From Eledone cirrhosa (lineage: Eukaryota): a stretch of 64,000 nt of DNA. The notes under the pieces are model-generated. The model made no database searches and was not told the DNA's origin. It was given only the letters and a program-made list of their open reading frames with translations. Location: positions 22,320,001-22,384,000 of the forward strand of contig OZ024742.1 in assembly GCA_964016885.1 (NCBI GenBank), written 5' to 3'. The stretch's first letter is position 1. The number at the start of each line of letters is the position of its first letter. Shown in pieces: positions 1 through 15,000 of the stretch. The translations under genes were made by a program, and so were the position numbers.

Positions 1-3000
1 CTATTGTCAGTTTTGGAAACCAACATTTCATACCTAGCCTGGGTGTTTTGTCAGTTTTGGAAACCAACATTTCATACCTTGCCTGGGTCTTTTGTCAGTT
101 TTGGAAACCAACATTTCATATCTAGCCTGGGTCTATTGTCAGTTTTGGAAAACAACATTTCATACCTAGCCTGGGTCTATTGTCAGTTTTGGAAACCTAC
201 ATTTCATACCTAGCCTGGGTCTATTGTCAGTTTTAGAAACCTACATTTCAAACCTACCCTGGGGCTAGTGTCAGTTTTGGAAACCAACATTTGATACCTA
301 GCCTGGGTCTATTGTCAGTTTTGGAAACCAACATTTCATAACTAGCCTGGTTCTATTGTCAGTTTTGGAAACCTACATTTCATACCTAGCTTGGGTCTAT
401 TGTCAGTTTTGGAAACCAACATTTCATACCTAGCCTGGGTGTATTGTCAGTTTTGGAAACCAACATTTCATACGTAGCCTGGGTCTATTGTCAGTTTTGG
501 AAACCAACATTTCATAACTTGCCTGGGTCTTTTGTCAGTTTTGGAAACCAACATTTCATATCTAGCCTGGGTCTATTGTCAGTTTTGGAAACCAACATTT
601 CATAGCTAGACTGGGTCTATTGTCAGTTTTGGAAACCAACATTTCATACCAAGCCCGGGACTATTGTCATTTTTGGAAACCAACATTTCATACCTAGCCA
701 TGGTCTATTGTCAGTTTTGGAAACCTACATTTCATACCCAGCCTGGGACTATTGTCAGTTTAGGAAACCAACATTTCATACCTTGCCTGGGTTTATCGTC
801 AGTTTTAGAAACCAACATTTCATAACTAGCCTGGGTCTATTATCAGTTTTGGAAACCTACATTTCATACCTAACCTGGGTCTATTGTCAGTTTTGGAAAC
901 CAACATTTCATACCTAGCCTGGGTCTATTGTCAGTTTTGGAAACCAACATTTCATATCTAGTCTGTGTCTATTGTCAATTTTGGAAACCAACATTTCATA
1001 CCTAGCCTGGGTCTATTGTCAGTTTTGGAAACCTACATTTCATACCTAGCCTGGGTCTATTGTCAGTTTTAGAAACCTACATTTCAAACCTACCCTGGGG
1101 CTAGTGTCAGTTTTGGAAACCAACATTTGATACCTAGCCTGGGTCTATTGTCAGTTTTGGAAACCAACATTTCATAACTAGCCTGGTTCTATTGTCAGTT
1201 TTGGAAACCTACATTTCATACCTAGCTTGGGGCTATTGTCAGTTTTGGAAACCAACATTTCATACCTAGCCTGGGTGTATTGTCAGTTTTGGAAACCAAC
1301 ATTTCATACGTAGCCTGGGTCTATTGTCAGTTTTGGAAACCAACATTTCATACCAAGCCCGGGACTATTGTCATTTTTGGAAACCAACATTTCATACCTA
1401 GCCATGGTCTATTGTCAGTTTTGGAAACCTACATTTCATACCCAGCCTGGGACTATTGTCAGTTTAGGAAACCAACATTTCATACCTTGCCTGGGTTTAT
1501 CGTCAGTTTTAGAAACCAACATTTCATAACTAGCCTGGGTCTATTATCAGTTTTGGAAACCTACATTTCATACCTAACCTGGGTCTATTGTCAGTTTTGG
1601 AAACCAACATTTCATACCTAGCCTGGGTCTATTGTCAGTTTTGGAAACCAACATTTCATATCTAGTCTGTGTCTATTGTCAATTTTGGAAACCAACATTT
1701 CATACCTAGCCTGGGTCTATTGTCAGTTTTTGAAACCATCATTTCATACCTAGCCTGGGTCTATTGTCAGTTTTGGAAACCAACATTTCATACCTAGCCT
1801 GGGTGTATTGTCAGTTTTGGAAACCAACATTTCATACCTAGCCTGGGTCTATTGTCAGTTTTGCAAACCAACATTTCATACGTAGCCTGGGGCTATTGTC
1901 AGTTTTGGAAACCATCATTTCATACCTAGCCTGGGTCTACTGTCAGTTTTGGAAACCAACATTTCATACCTAGCCTGGGTCTATTGTCAGTTTTAGAAAC
2001 CAACATTTCAAACCTACCCTGGGGCTATTGTCAGTTTTGGAAACCAACATTTGATACCTAGCCTGGGTCTATTGTCAGTTTTGGAAACCAACATTTCATA
2101 ACTAGATTGGGTCTATTGTCAGTTTTGGAAACCTACATTTCATACCTAGCCTGGATCTATTATCAGTTTTGGAAACCAACATTTCATACCTAGCCTGGGT
2201 CTATTGTCAGTTTTGGAAACGAACATTTCATACCTAGCCTGGGTCTGTTGTTAGTTTTGCAAACCAACATTTCATACGTAGCCTGGGGCTATTGTCAGTT
2301 TTGGAAACCATCATTTCATACCTAGCCTGGGTCTACTGTCAGTTTTGTAAACCAACATTTCATACCTAGCCTGGGTGTATTGTCAGTTTTGGAAACCAAC
2401 ATTTCATACCTAGCCTGGGTCTATTGTCAGTTTTGCAAACCAACATTTCATACGTAGCCTGGGGCTATTGTCAGTTTTGGAAACCATCATTTCATACCTA
2501 GCCTGGGTCTACTGTCAGTTTTGGAAACCAACATTTCATACCTAGCCTGGGTCTATTGTCAGTTTTAGAAACCAACATTTCAAACCTACCCTGGGGCTAT
2601 TGTCAGTTTTGGAAACCAACATTTGATACCTAGCCTGGGTCTATTGTCAGTTTTGGAAACCAACATTTCATAACTAGCCTGGGTCTTTTGTCAGTTTTGG
2701 AAACCTATATTACATACCTAGCCTAGGTATATTATCAGTTTAGAAACCAACATTTCATACCTTGCCTGGGTCTATTGTCAGTTTTGGAAACCAACATTTC
2801 ATAACTAGCCTGGTTCTATTGTCAGTTTTGGAAACCAACATTTCATAACTAGCCTGGGTCTTTTGTCAGTTTTGGAAACCTATATTACATACCTAGCATA
2901 GGTATATTATCAGTTTAGAAACCAACATTTCATACCTAGCCTGGGTCTATTGTCAGTTTTGGAAACCAACATTTCATAACTAGCCTGGTTCTATTGTCAG

Positions 3001-6000
3001 TTTTGGAAACCTACATTTCATACCTAGCTTGGGTCTATTGTCAGTTTTGGAAACCAACATTTCATACCTAGCCTGGGTGTATTGTCAGTTTTGGAAACCA
3101 ACATTTCATACGTAGCCTGGGTCTATTGTCAGTTTTGGAAACCAACATTTCATAACTTGCCTGGGTCTTTTGTCAGTTTTGGAAACCAACATTTCATATC
3201 TAGCCTGGGTCTATTGTCAGTTTTGGAAACCAACATTTCATAGCTAGACTGGGTCTATTGTCAGTTTTGGAAACCAACATTTCATACCAAGCCCGGGACT
3301 ATTGTCATTTTTGGAAACCAACATTTCATACCTAGCCATGGTCTATTATCAGTTTTGGAAACCTACATTTCATACCCAGCCTGGGACTATTGTCAGTTTA
3401 GGAAACCAACATTTCATACCTTGCCTTGGTTTATTGTCAGTTTTAGAAACCAACATTTCATACCTAGCCTGGGCCTATTATCAGTTTTGGAAACCTACAT
3501 TTCATACCTAACCTGGGTCTATTGTCAGTTTTGGAAACCAACATTTCATATCTAGTCTGGGTCTATTGTCAATTTTGGAAACCAACATTTCATACCTAGC
3601 CTGGGTCTATTGTCAGTTTTAGAAACCAACATTTCAAACCTACCCTGGGGCTATTGTCAGTTTTGGAAACCATCATTTGATACCTAGCCTGGGTCTATTG
3701 TCAGTTTTGGAAACCAACATTTCATAACTAGACTGGGTCTATTGTCAGTTTTGGAAACCTACATTTCATACCTAGCCTGGATCTATTATCAGTTTTGGAA
3801 ACCAACATTTCATACCTAGCCTGGGTCTATTGTCAGTTTTGGAAACCAACATTTCATAACTAGCCTGGGTCTTTTGTCAGTTTTGGAAACCTATATTACA
3901 TACCTAGCCTAGGTATATTATCAGTTTAGAAACCAACATTTCATACCTAGCCTGGGTCTATTGTCAGTTTTGGAAACCAACATTTCATAACTAGCCTGGT
4001 TCTATTGTCAGTTTTGGAAACCTACATTTCATACCTAGCTTGGGTCTATTGTCAGTTTTGGAAACCAACATTTCATACCTAGCCCGGGTGTATTGTCAGT
4101 TTTGGAAACCAACATTTCATACCTAGCCTGGGTCTATTGTCAGTTTTGGAAACCAACATTTCATACCTAGCCTGGGTCTATTGTCAGTTTTAGAAACCAA
4201 CATTTCAAACCTACCCTGGGGCTATTGTCAGTTTTGGAAACCAACATTTGATACCTAGCCTGGGTCTATTGTCAGTTTTGGAAACCAACATTTCATAACT
4301 AGACTGGGTCTATTGTCAGTTTTGGAAACCTACATTTCATACCTAGCCTGGATCTATTATCAGTTTTGGAAACCAACATTTCATACCTAGCCTGGGTCTA
4401 TTGTCTGTTTTGGAAACCAACATTTCATAACTAGCCTGGGTCTTTTGTCAGTTTTGGAAACCTATATTACATACCTAGCCTAGGTATATTATCAGTTTAG
4501 AAACCAACATTTCATACCTAGCCTGGGTCTATTGTCAGTTTTGGAAACCAACATTTCATAACTAGCCTGGTTCTATTGTCAGTTTTGGAAACCTACATTT
4601 CATACCTAGCTTGGGTCTATTGTCAGTTTTGGAAACCAACATTTCATACCTAGCCTGGGTGTATTGTCAGTTTTGGAAACCAACATTTCATACGTAGCCT
4701 GGGTCTATTGTCAGTTTTGGAAACCAACATTTCATAACTTGCCTGGGTCTTTTGTCAGTTTTGGAAACCAACATTTCATATCTAGCCTGGGTCTATTGTC
4801 AGTTTTGGAAACCAACATTTCATACCAAGCCCGGGACTATTGCAATTTTTGGAAACCAACATTTCATACCTAGCCATGGTCTATTATCAGTTTTGGAAAA
4901 CTACATTTCATACCCAGCCTGGGACTATTGTCAGTTTAGGAAACCAACATTTCATACCTTGCCTGGGTTTATTGTCAGTTTTAGAAAACAACATTTCATA
5001 CCTAGCCTGGGTCTATTATCAGTTTTGGAAACCTACATTTCATACCTAACCTGGGTCTATTGTCAGTTTTGGAAACCAACATTTCATACCTAGCCTGGGT
5101 CTATTGTCAGTTTTGGAAACCAACATTTCATATCTAGTCTGGGTCTATTGTCTATTTTGGAAACCAACATTTCATACCTAGCCTGGGTCTATTGTCAGTT
5201 TTTGAAACCATCAATTCATACCTAGCCTGGGTCTATTGTCAGTTTTAGAAACCAACATTTCAAACCTAGCCTGGGGCTACTGTCAGTTTTAGAAACCAAC
5301 ATTTCATACCTAGCCTGTGTCTATTGTCAGTTTTGGAAACCAACATTTCATACCTAGCCTGGGTCTATTATCAGTTTTGGAAACCTACATCTCATACCAA
5401 ACCTGGGTCTATTGTCAGTTTTGGAACCAACATATCATACCTAGCCTTGATCTATTGTCAGTTTTGGAAACCAACATTTCATACCTAGCCTGGATCTATT
5501 ATCAGTTTTGGAAACCAACATTTCATACCTAGCCTGGGTCTATTGTCAGTTTTGTAAACCAACATTTCATACCTAGCCTGGGTCTATTGTCAGTTTTGGA
5601 AACCAACAATTCATACCTAGCCTGGGTCAATTGTCAGTTTTGTAAACCAACATTTCATACCTAGCCTGGGTCTATTGTCAGTTTTGCAAACCAACATTTC
5701 ATACGTAGCCTGGGGCTATTGTCAGTTTTGGAAACCATCATTTCATAACTAGCCTGGGTCTACTGTCAGTTTTGGAAATCAACATTTCATACCTAGCCTG
5801 GGACTCTTGTCAGTTTTAGAAACCAACATTTCAAACCTACCCTGGGGCTATTGTCAATTTTGGAAACCAACATTTCATAACTTGCCTGGGTCTTTTGTCA
5901 GTTTTGGAAACCAACATTTCATATCTAGCCTGGGTCTATTGTCAGTTTTGGAAACCAACATTTCATAACTTGCCTGGGTCTTTTGTCAGTTTTGGAAACC

Positions 6001-9000
6001 AACATTTCATATCTAGCCTGGGTCTATTGTCAGTTTTGGAAACCAACATTTCATACCAAGCCTGGGACTATTGCAATTTTTGGAAACCAACATTTCATAC
6101 CTAGCCATGGTCTATTATCAGTTTTGGAAACCTACATTTCATACCCAGCCTGGGACTATTGTCAGTTTAGGAAACCAACATTTCATACCTTGCCTGGGTT
6201 TATTGTCAGTTTTAGAAACCAACATTTCATACCTAGCCTGGGTCTATTATCAGTTTTGGAAACCTACATTTCATACCTAACCTGGGTCTATTGTCAGTTT
6301 TGGAAACCAACATTTCATACCTAGCCTGGGTCTATTGTCAGTTTTGGAAACCAACATTTCATATCTAGTCTGGGTCTATTGTCTATTTTGGAAACCAACA
6401 TTTCATACCTAGCCTGGGTCTATTTATTGTCAGTTTTTGAAACCATCAATTCATACCTAGCCTGGGTCTATTGTCAGTTTTTGAAACCATCAATTCATAC
6501 CTAGCCTGGGTCTATTGTCAGTTTTAGAAACCAACATTTCAAACCTAGCCTGGGGCTACTGTCAGTTTTGGAAACCAACATTTCATACCTAGCCTGTGTC
6601 TATTGTCAGTTTTGGAAACCAACATTTCATACCTAGCCTGGGTCTATTATCAGTTTTGGAAACCTACATCTCATACCAAACCTGGGTCTATTGTCAGTTT
6701 TGGAACCAACATATCATACCTAGCCTGGGTATATTATCAGTTTTGGAAACCAACCTTTAATACCTAGCCTGGGTCGATTGTCAGTTTTGGAAACCAACAT
6801 TTCATACCTAGCCTGGGTCTATTGTCTGTTTTGGAAACCAACATTTCATATCTAGCCTGGATCTATTATCAGTTTTGGAAACCTACATTTCATACCCAGC
6901 CTTGATCTATTGTCAGTTTTGGAAACCAACATTTCATACCTAGCCTGGATCTATTATCAGTTTTGGAAACCAACATTTCATACCTAGCCTGGGTCTATTG
7001 TCAGTTTTGTAAACCAACATTTCATACCTAGCCTGGGTCTATTGTCAGTTTTGGAAACCAACAATTCATACCTAGCCTGGGTCAATTGTCAGTTTTGTAA
7101 ACCAACATTTCATACCTAGCCTGGGTGTATCGTCAGTTTTGGAAACCAACATTTCATACCTAGCCTGGGTCTATTGTCAGTTTTGGAAACCATCATTTCA
7201 TAACTAGCCTGGGTCTACTGTCAGTTTTGGAAATCAACATTTCATACCTAGCCTGGGACTCTTGTCAGTTTTAGAAACCAACATTTCAAACCTACCCTGG
7301 GGCTATTGTCAATTTTGGAAACCAACATTTCATAACTTGCCTGGGTCTTTTGTCAGTTTTGGAAACCAACATTTCATATCTAGCCTGGGTCTATTGTCAG
7401 TTTTGGAAACCAACATTTCATACCAAGCCCGGGACTATTTCAATTTTTGGAAACCAACATTTCATACCTAGCCATGGTCTATTATCAGTTTTGGAAACCT
7501 ACATTTCATACCCAGCCTGGGACTATTGTCAGTTTAGGAAACCAACATTTCATACCTTGCCTGGGTTTATTGTCAGTTTTAGAAACCAACATTTCATACC
7601 TAGCCTGGGTCTATTATCAGTTTTGGAAACCTACATTTCATACCTAACCTGGGTCTATTGTCAGTTTTGGAAACCAACATTTCATACCTAGCCTGGGTCT
7701 ATTGTCAGTTTTGGAAACCAACATTTCATATCTAGTCTGGGTCTATTGTCTATTTTGGAAACCAACATTTCATACCTAGCCTGGGTCTATTGTCAGTTTT
7801 TGAAACCATCAATTCATACCTAGCCTGGGTCTATTGTCAGTTTTAGAAACCAACATTTCAAACCTAGCCTGGGGCTACTGTCAGTTTTGGAAACCAACAT
7901 TTCATACCTAGCCTGTGTCTATTGTCAGTTTTGGAAACCAACATTTCATACCTAGCCTGGGTCTATTATCAGTTTTGGAAACCTACATCTCATACCAAAC
8001 CTGGGTCTATTGTCAGTTTTGGAACCAACATATCATACCTAGCCTGGGTATATTATCAGTTTTGGAAACCAACCTTTAATACCTAGCCTGGGTCGATTGT
8101 CAGTTTTGGAAACCAACATTTCATACCTAGCCTGGGTCTATTGTCTGTTTTGGAAACCAACATTTCATATCTAGCCTGGATCTATTATCAGTTTTGGAAA
8201 CCTACATTTCATACCCAGCCTTGATCTATTGTCAGTTTTGGAAACCAACATTTCATACCTAGCCTGGATCTATTATCAGTTTTGGAAACCAACATTTCAT
8301 ACCTAGCCTGGGTCTATTGTCAGTTTTGTAAACCAACATTTCATACCTAGCCTGGGTCTATTGTCAGTTTTGGAAACCAACAATTCATACCTAGCCTGGG
8401 TCAATTGTCAGTTTTGTAAACCAACATTTCATACCTAGCCTGGGTGTATCGTCAGTTTTGGAAACCAACATTTCATACCTAGCCTGGGTCTATTGTCAGT
8501 TTTGCAAACCAACATTTCATACGTAGCCTGGGTCTATTGTCAGTTTTTGAAACCATCATTTCATACCTAGCCTGGGTCTATTGTCAGTTTTAGAAACCAA
8601 CATTTCAAACCTAGCCTGGGGCTACTGTCAGTTTTGGAAACCAACATTTCATACCTAGCCTGGGTCTATTGTCAGTTTTGGAAACCAACATTTCATAACT
8701 AGCCTGGGTCTTTTGTCGGTTTTGGAAACCTATATTACATACCTAGCCTAGGTATATTATCAGTTTAGAAACCAACATTTCATACCTAGCCTGGGGCTAT
8801 TGTCAGTTTTGGAAACCAACATTTCATAACTAGCCTGGTTCTATTGTCAGTTTTGGAAACCAACATTTCATACCTAGCCTGGGTGTTTTGTCAGTTTTGG
8901 AAACCAACATTTCATACCTTGCCTGGGTCTTTTGTCAGTTTTGGAAACCAACATTTCATATCTAGCCTGGGTCTATTGTCAGTTTTGGAAAACAACATTT

Positions 9001-12000
9001 CATACCTAGCCTGGGACTATTGTCAGTTTTGGAAACCAACATTTCATACCTAGCCTGGGTCTATTGTCAGTTTTGGAAACCAACATTTCATACCAAGCCC
9101 GGGACTATTGTCATTTTTGGAAACCAACATTTCATACCTAGCCATGGTCTATTATCAGTTTTGGAAACCTACATTTCATACCCAGCCTGGGACTATTGTC
9201 AGTTTAGGAAACCAACATTTCATACCTTGCCTGGGTTTATTATCAGTTTTCGAAACCAACATTTCATACCTAGCCTGGGTCTATTGTCAGTTTTGTAAAC
9301 CAACATTTCATATCTAGTCTGGGCCTATTGTCAGTTTTGGAAACCTACATTTCATACCTAGCCTGGGTCTATTGTCAGTTTTGGAAACCAACAATTCATA
9401 CCTAGCCTGGGTCTACTGTCAGTTTTGTAAACCAACATTTCATACCTAGCATGGGTGTATTGTCAGTTTTGGAAACCATCATTTCATACCTAGCCTGGGT
9501 CTACTGTCAGTTTTGGAAATCAACATTTCATACCTAGCCTGGGTCTATTGTCAGTTTTAGAAACCAACATTTCAAACCTACCCTGGGGCTATTGTCAATT
9601 TTGGAAACCAACATTTGATACCTAGCCTGGGTCTATTGTCAGTTTTTGAAACCATCATTTCATACCTAGCCTGGGTCTATTGTCAGTTTTAGAAACCAAC
9701 ATTTCAAACATAGCCTGGAGCTACTGTCAGTTTTGGAAACCAACATTTCATACCTAGCCTGGGTCTATTGACAGTTTTAGAAACCAACATTTCAAACCTA
9801 GCCTGGGGCTACTGTCAGTTTTGGAAACCAACATTTCATACCTAGCCTGGGTCTATTGTCAGTTTTGGAAACCAACATTTCATAACTAGACTGGATCTAT
9901 TATCAGTTTTGGAAACCAACATTTCATACCTAGCCTGGGTCTATTGTCATTTTTGGAAACCAACATTTCATACCTAGCCATGGTCTATTATCAGTTTTGG
10001 AAACCTACATTTCATACCCAGCCTGGGACTATTGTCAGTTTAGGAAACCAACATTTCATACCTTGCCTGGGTTTATTGTCAGTTTTAGAAACCAACATTT
10101 CATACCTAGCCTGGGTCTATTATCAGTTTTGGAAACCTACATTTCATACCTAACCTGGGTCTATTGTCAGTTTTGGAAACCATCAGTTCATACCTAGCCT
10201 GGGTCTATTGTCAGTTTTGGAAACCAACATTTCATATCTAGTCTGGGTCTATTGTCTATTTTGGAAACCAACATTTCATACCTAGCCTGGGTCTATTGTC
10301 AGTTTTTGAAACCATCATTTCATACCTAGCCTGGGTCTATTGTCAGTTTTAGAAACCAACATTTCAAACCTAGCTTGGGGCTACTGTCAGTTTTGGAAAC
10401 CAACATTTCATACCTAGCCTGTGTCTATTGTCAGTTTTGGAAACCAACATTTCATACCTAGCCTGGGTCTATTATCAGTTTTGGAAACCTACATTTCATA
10501 CCCAGCCTTGATCTATTGTCAGTTTTGGAAACCAACATTTCATACCTAGCCTGGATCTATTATTAGTTTTGGAAACCAACATTTCATACCTAACCTGGGT
10601 CTATTGTCAGTTTTGTAAACCAACATTTCATATCTAGTCTGGGCCTATTGTCAGTTTTGGAAACCTACATTTCATACCTAGCCTGGGTCTATTGTCAGTT
10701 TTGGAAACCAACAATTTATACCTAGCCTGGGTCAATTGTCAGTTTTGTAAACCAACATTTCATACCTAGCCTGGGTGTATTGTCAGTTTTGGAAACCAAC
10801 ATTTCATACCTAGCCTGGGTCTATTGTCAGTTTTGCAAACCAACATTTCATACGTAGCCATGGGCTATTGTCAGTTTTGGAAACCAACCTTTCATAACTA
10901 GCCTGGGTCTAGTGTCAGTTTTGGAAACCTACATTTCATACCTAGCCTGGGTCTATTGTCAGTTTTGGAAACCAACATTTCATACCTAGTCTGGGTCTAT
11001 TGTCAGTTTTGGAAACCAACATTTCATACCTAGCCTGGATCTATTATCAGTTTTGGAAACCTACATTTCATACCCAGCCTTGGTCTATTGTCAGTTTTGG
11101 AAAACAACATTTCATACATAGCCTGGTTCTATTGTCAGTTTTGGAAACCAACATTTCATACCTAGCCTGGATCTATTATCAGTTTTGTAAACCTACATTT
11201 CATACCCAGCCTTGGTCTATTGTCAGTTTTGGAAACCAACATTTCATACCTAGCCTGGATCTATTATTAGTTTTGGAAACGAACATTTCATAACTAGCCT
11301 GGGTCTGTTGTCACTTTTGGAAACCTACATTTCATACCTAGCCTGGATCTATTATCAGTTTTGGAAACCAACGTTTCATACCTAGCCTGGGTCTATTGTC
11401 AGTTTTGGAAACCAACATTTCATACCTAGCCTGGATTTATTATCAGTTTTGGAAACCAACGTTTCATACTTAACCTGAGTCTATTGTCAGTTTTGGAAAC
11501 CAACATTTCATAACTAGCCTTAGTTTATTGTCAGTTTCGGAAACCTACATTTCATACGTAGCCTGGGTCCATTATCAGTTTTAGAAACCAACATTTCATC
11601 CCCAGCCTGGGTCTATTGTCGGTTATGGAAACCAAGATTTCATAACTAGTCTGGTTCCAGTGTCAGTTTTGGAAAGCTACATTTCATACCTAGCTTGGAT
11701 CTATCGTCAATTTTGGAAACCAACATTTTCTACCTAGCCTGGGTCTATTGTCAGTTGTGGAACCCTACATATCATACCAAGCCTGGATCTATTATCAGTT
11801 TTGGAACGCTACATTCCATACCAAGCCTGGGTCTATTATCAGTTTTGGAAAACTACATTTCATAACTAGCCTGGGTGTATTGTCAGTTTTGGAAACCTAC
11901 CTTTCATACCTAGCCTGGGTCTATTGTCAGTTTTGGAAACCAACATTTCATAACTAGCCGCGGTCTATTGTCAGTTTTGGAAACCAAAATTTCAATCATA

Positions 12001-15000
12001 GCCTTGGGCTATTAGGAGTTTTGGAAACCAGCATTTCATACCTAGCCTGGGTCTATTGTCAGTTTTGGAAACCAACATTTCATACCTATCCTGGGTCTAT
12101 TGTCAGTTTTGGAAACCAACATTTCATACCTAGCCTGAGTCTATTGTCAGTTTTGGATACAAACATTTCATACCTAGCCTGGGTCTATTGTCAGTTTTGG
12201 AGACCTACACTTAATACCTAGCCTGGGTCTATTGTCAGTTTTGGAAACCAATATTTCATACCTAGCCTGTGTCTATTGTCAGTTCTGGAAACCAACATTT
12301 CATACCTAGCCTGGGGCTATTGTCAGTTTTGGAAACCTACATTTCATACCTAACCTGGGTCTATTGTCAGTTTTGGAAACCAACATTTAATACCTAGCCT
12401 GGGTGTAGTGTCAGTTTTGGAAACCAACATTTCATATCTAGCCTGGGTCTATTGTCAGTTTTGGACACCAACATTTCATAGCTAGTCTGAGTGTAGTTTC
12501 AGTTTTGGAAACCAACATTTCATACCTAGCCTGGGTCTATTGTTAATTTTGCAAACCAACATTTCATAGCTAGCCTGGGTCTATTGTCAGTTTTGGAAAC
12601 AAACATTTCATACCTAGCCTGGGTATATCGTCAGTTTGGGAAACCAAAATTTCATACCTAGCCTGGGTCTTTTGTCAGTTTTGGAAACCAACATTTTATA
12701 CCTAGCCTGGGTCTATTATCAGTTTTGGAAACCAACATTTCATACCTAGCCTGGGTCTATTATCAGTTTTGGAAACCTACATTTCATACCTAACCTGGGT
12801 CTATTGTCAATTTTGGAAACCAACATTTCATACCTAGCCTGGGTCTATTGTCAGTTTGGGAAACCAACATTTCATACCTAGCCTGCGTCTAATGTCAGTT
12901 TTGGAAACCAATATTTCATATCTGGCCTGGTTCTATTGTCAGATTTGGAAACCAACATTTCGTAACTAGCCTGGGTCTATTGTTAGTTTTGTAAAACAAT
13001 ATCTCATACCTAGCCTGGGTCTATTGTCAGTTTTGGAAACCTACATTTCATACCTAACCTGTCTCTATTGTCAATTTTGGAAACCTACATTTCATACCTA
13101 GCCTAGCTCCATTGCCAGTTTTGGAAACCAACATTACATACTTGGCCTAGGTCTATTGTCAGTTTTAGAAACCAACATTTCATACATAGCCTGGGTCTAT
13201 TGTCTATTTTTGAAACCAACATTTCATACTTAGCCTGGGTCTATTGTCACTTTTGGAAAGCTACATTTCATACCTAGCCTGGATCTATTGTCAGTTTTGG
13301 AAACCAACGTTTTCTACCTAGCCTGGGTCTAGTATCAGTTTTGGAAACCTACTTTTTATACCTAGCCTCGGTCTATTGTCAGTTGTGGAACCCTACGTAT
13401 CATACCAAGCCTGGATCTATTATCAGTTTTGGAACGCTACATTCCATACCAAACCTGGGTCTATTATCAGTTTTGGAAACCTACATTTCATAACTAGCCT
13501 GGGTGTATTGTCACTTTTGGAAACCTACATGTCATACCTAGCCTGGGTCTATTGTCAGTTTTGGAAACCAACATTTCATAACTAGCCGCGGTCTATTGTC
13601 AGCTTTGGAAACCAACATTTCATACCTAGCCTGGGTCTATTGTCAGTTTTGGAAACCAACATTTCATACCTAGCCTGGGTCTTTTGTCAGTTTTGGAAAC
13701 CAACATTTTATACCTAGCCTGGGTCTATTATCAGTTTTGGAAACCAACATTTCATACCTAGCCTGGATCTATTATAAGTTTTGGACACCAACATTTCATA
13801 CCTAGCCTGGGTCTATTGTCAATTTGGGAAACCAACATTTCATACCTAGCCTGAGTCTAGTTTCAGTTTTGGAAACAAACATTTCATACCTAGTCTGCGT
13901 CTATTGTCAGTTTTGCAAACCAACATTTCATACCTAGCCTGGGTCTATTCTCAGATTTGGAAACCAACATTTCATACCTAGCCTGGGTATATTGTCAGTT
14001 TTGGAAACCAATATTTCATACCTAGCCTGGGTATATTGTCAGTTTTGGAAACCAACATTTCATACCTAGCCTGGGTCTATTGTCAGTTTTGGAAACCAAT
14101 ATTTCATATCTGGCCTGGTTCTATTGTCAGATTCGGAAACCAACATTTCATAACTAGCCTCGGTCTATTGTTAGTTTTGTAAAACAATATCTCATACCTA
14201 GCCTGGGTCTATTGTCAGTTTTGGAAACCTACATTTCATACCTAACCTGTCTCTATTGTCAATTTTGGAAACCTACATTTCATACCTAGCTTGGGTCCAT
14301 TGCCAGTTTTGGAAACCAACATTACATACTTGGCCTTGGTCTATTGTCAGTTTTAGAAACCAACATTTCATACCTAGCCTGGGTCTATTGTCTATTTTTG
14401 AAACGAACATTTCATACCTAGCCTGGGTCTATTGTCACTTTTGGAAAGCTACATTTCATACCTAGCCTGGATCTATTGTCAGTTTTGGAAACCAACATTT
14501 TCTACCTAGCCTGGGTCTAGTATCTGTTTTGGAAACCTACTTTTTATACCTAGCCTCGGTCTATTTTCAGTTGTGGAACCCTACATATCATACCAAGCCT
14601 GGATCTATTATCAGTTTTGGAACGCTACATTCCATACCAAGCCTGCGTCTATTATCAGTTTTGGAAATCTACATTTCATACCTAACCTGGGTCTATTGTC
14701 AATTTTGGAAACCAACATTTCATACCTAGCCTGGGTCTATTGTCAGTTTGGGAAACCAACATTTCATACCTAGCCTGAGTCTAGTTCCAGTTTTGGAAAC
14801 CAACATTTCATACCTAGCCTGGGTCTATTGTCAGTTTTGCAAACCAACATTTCATACCTAGCCTGGGTCTATTCTCAGATTTGGAAACCAACATTTCATA
14901 CCTAGCCTGGGTATATTGTCAGTTTTGGAAACCAATATTTCATACCTAGCCTGGGTATATTGTCAGTTTTGGAAACCAACATTTCATACCTAGCCTGGGT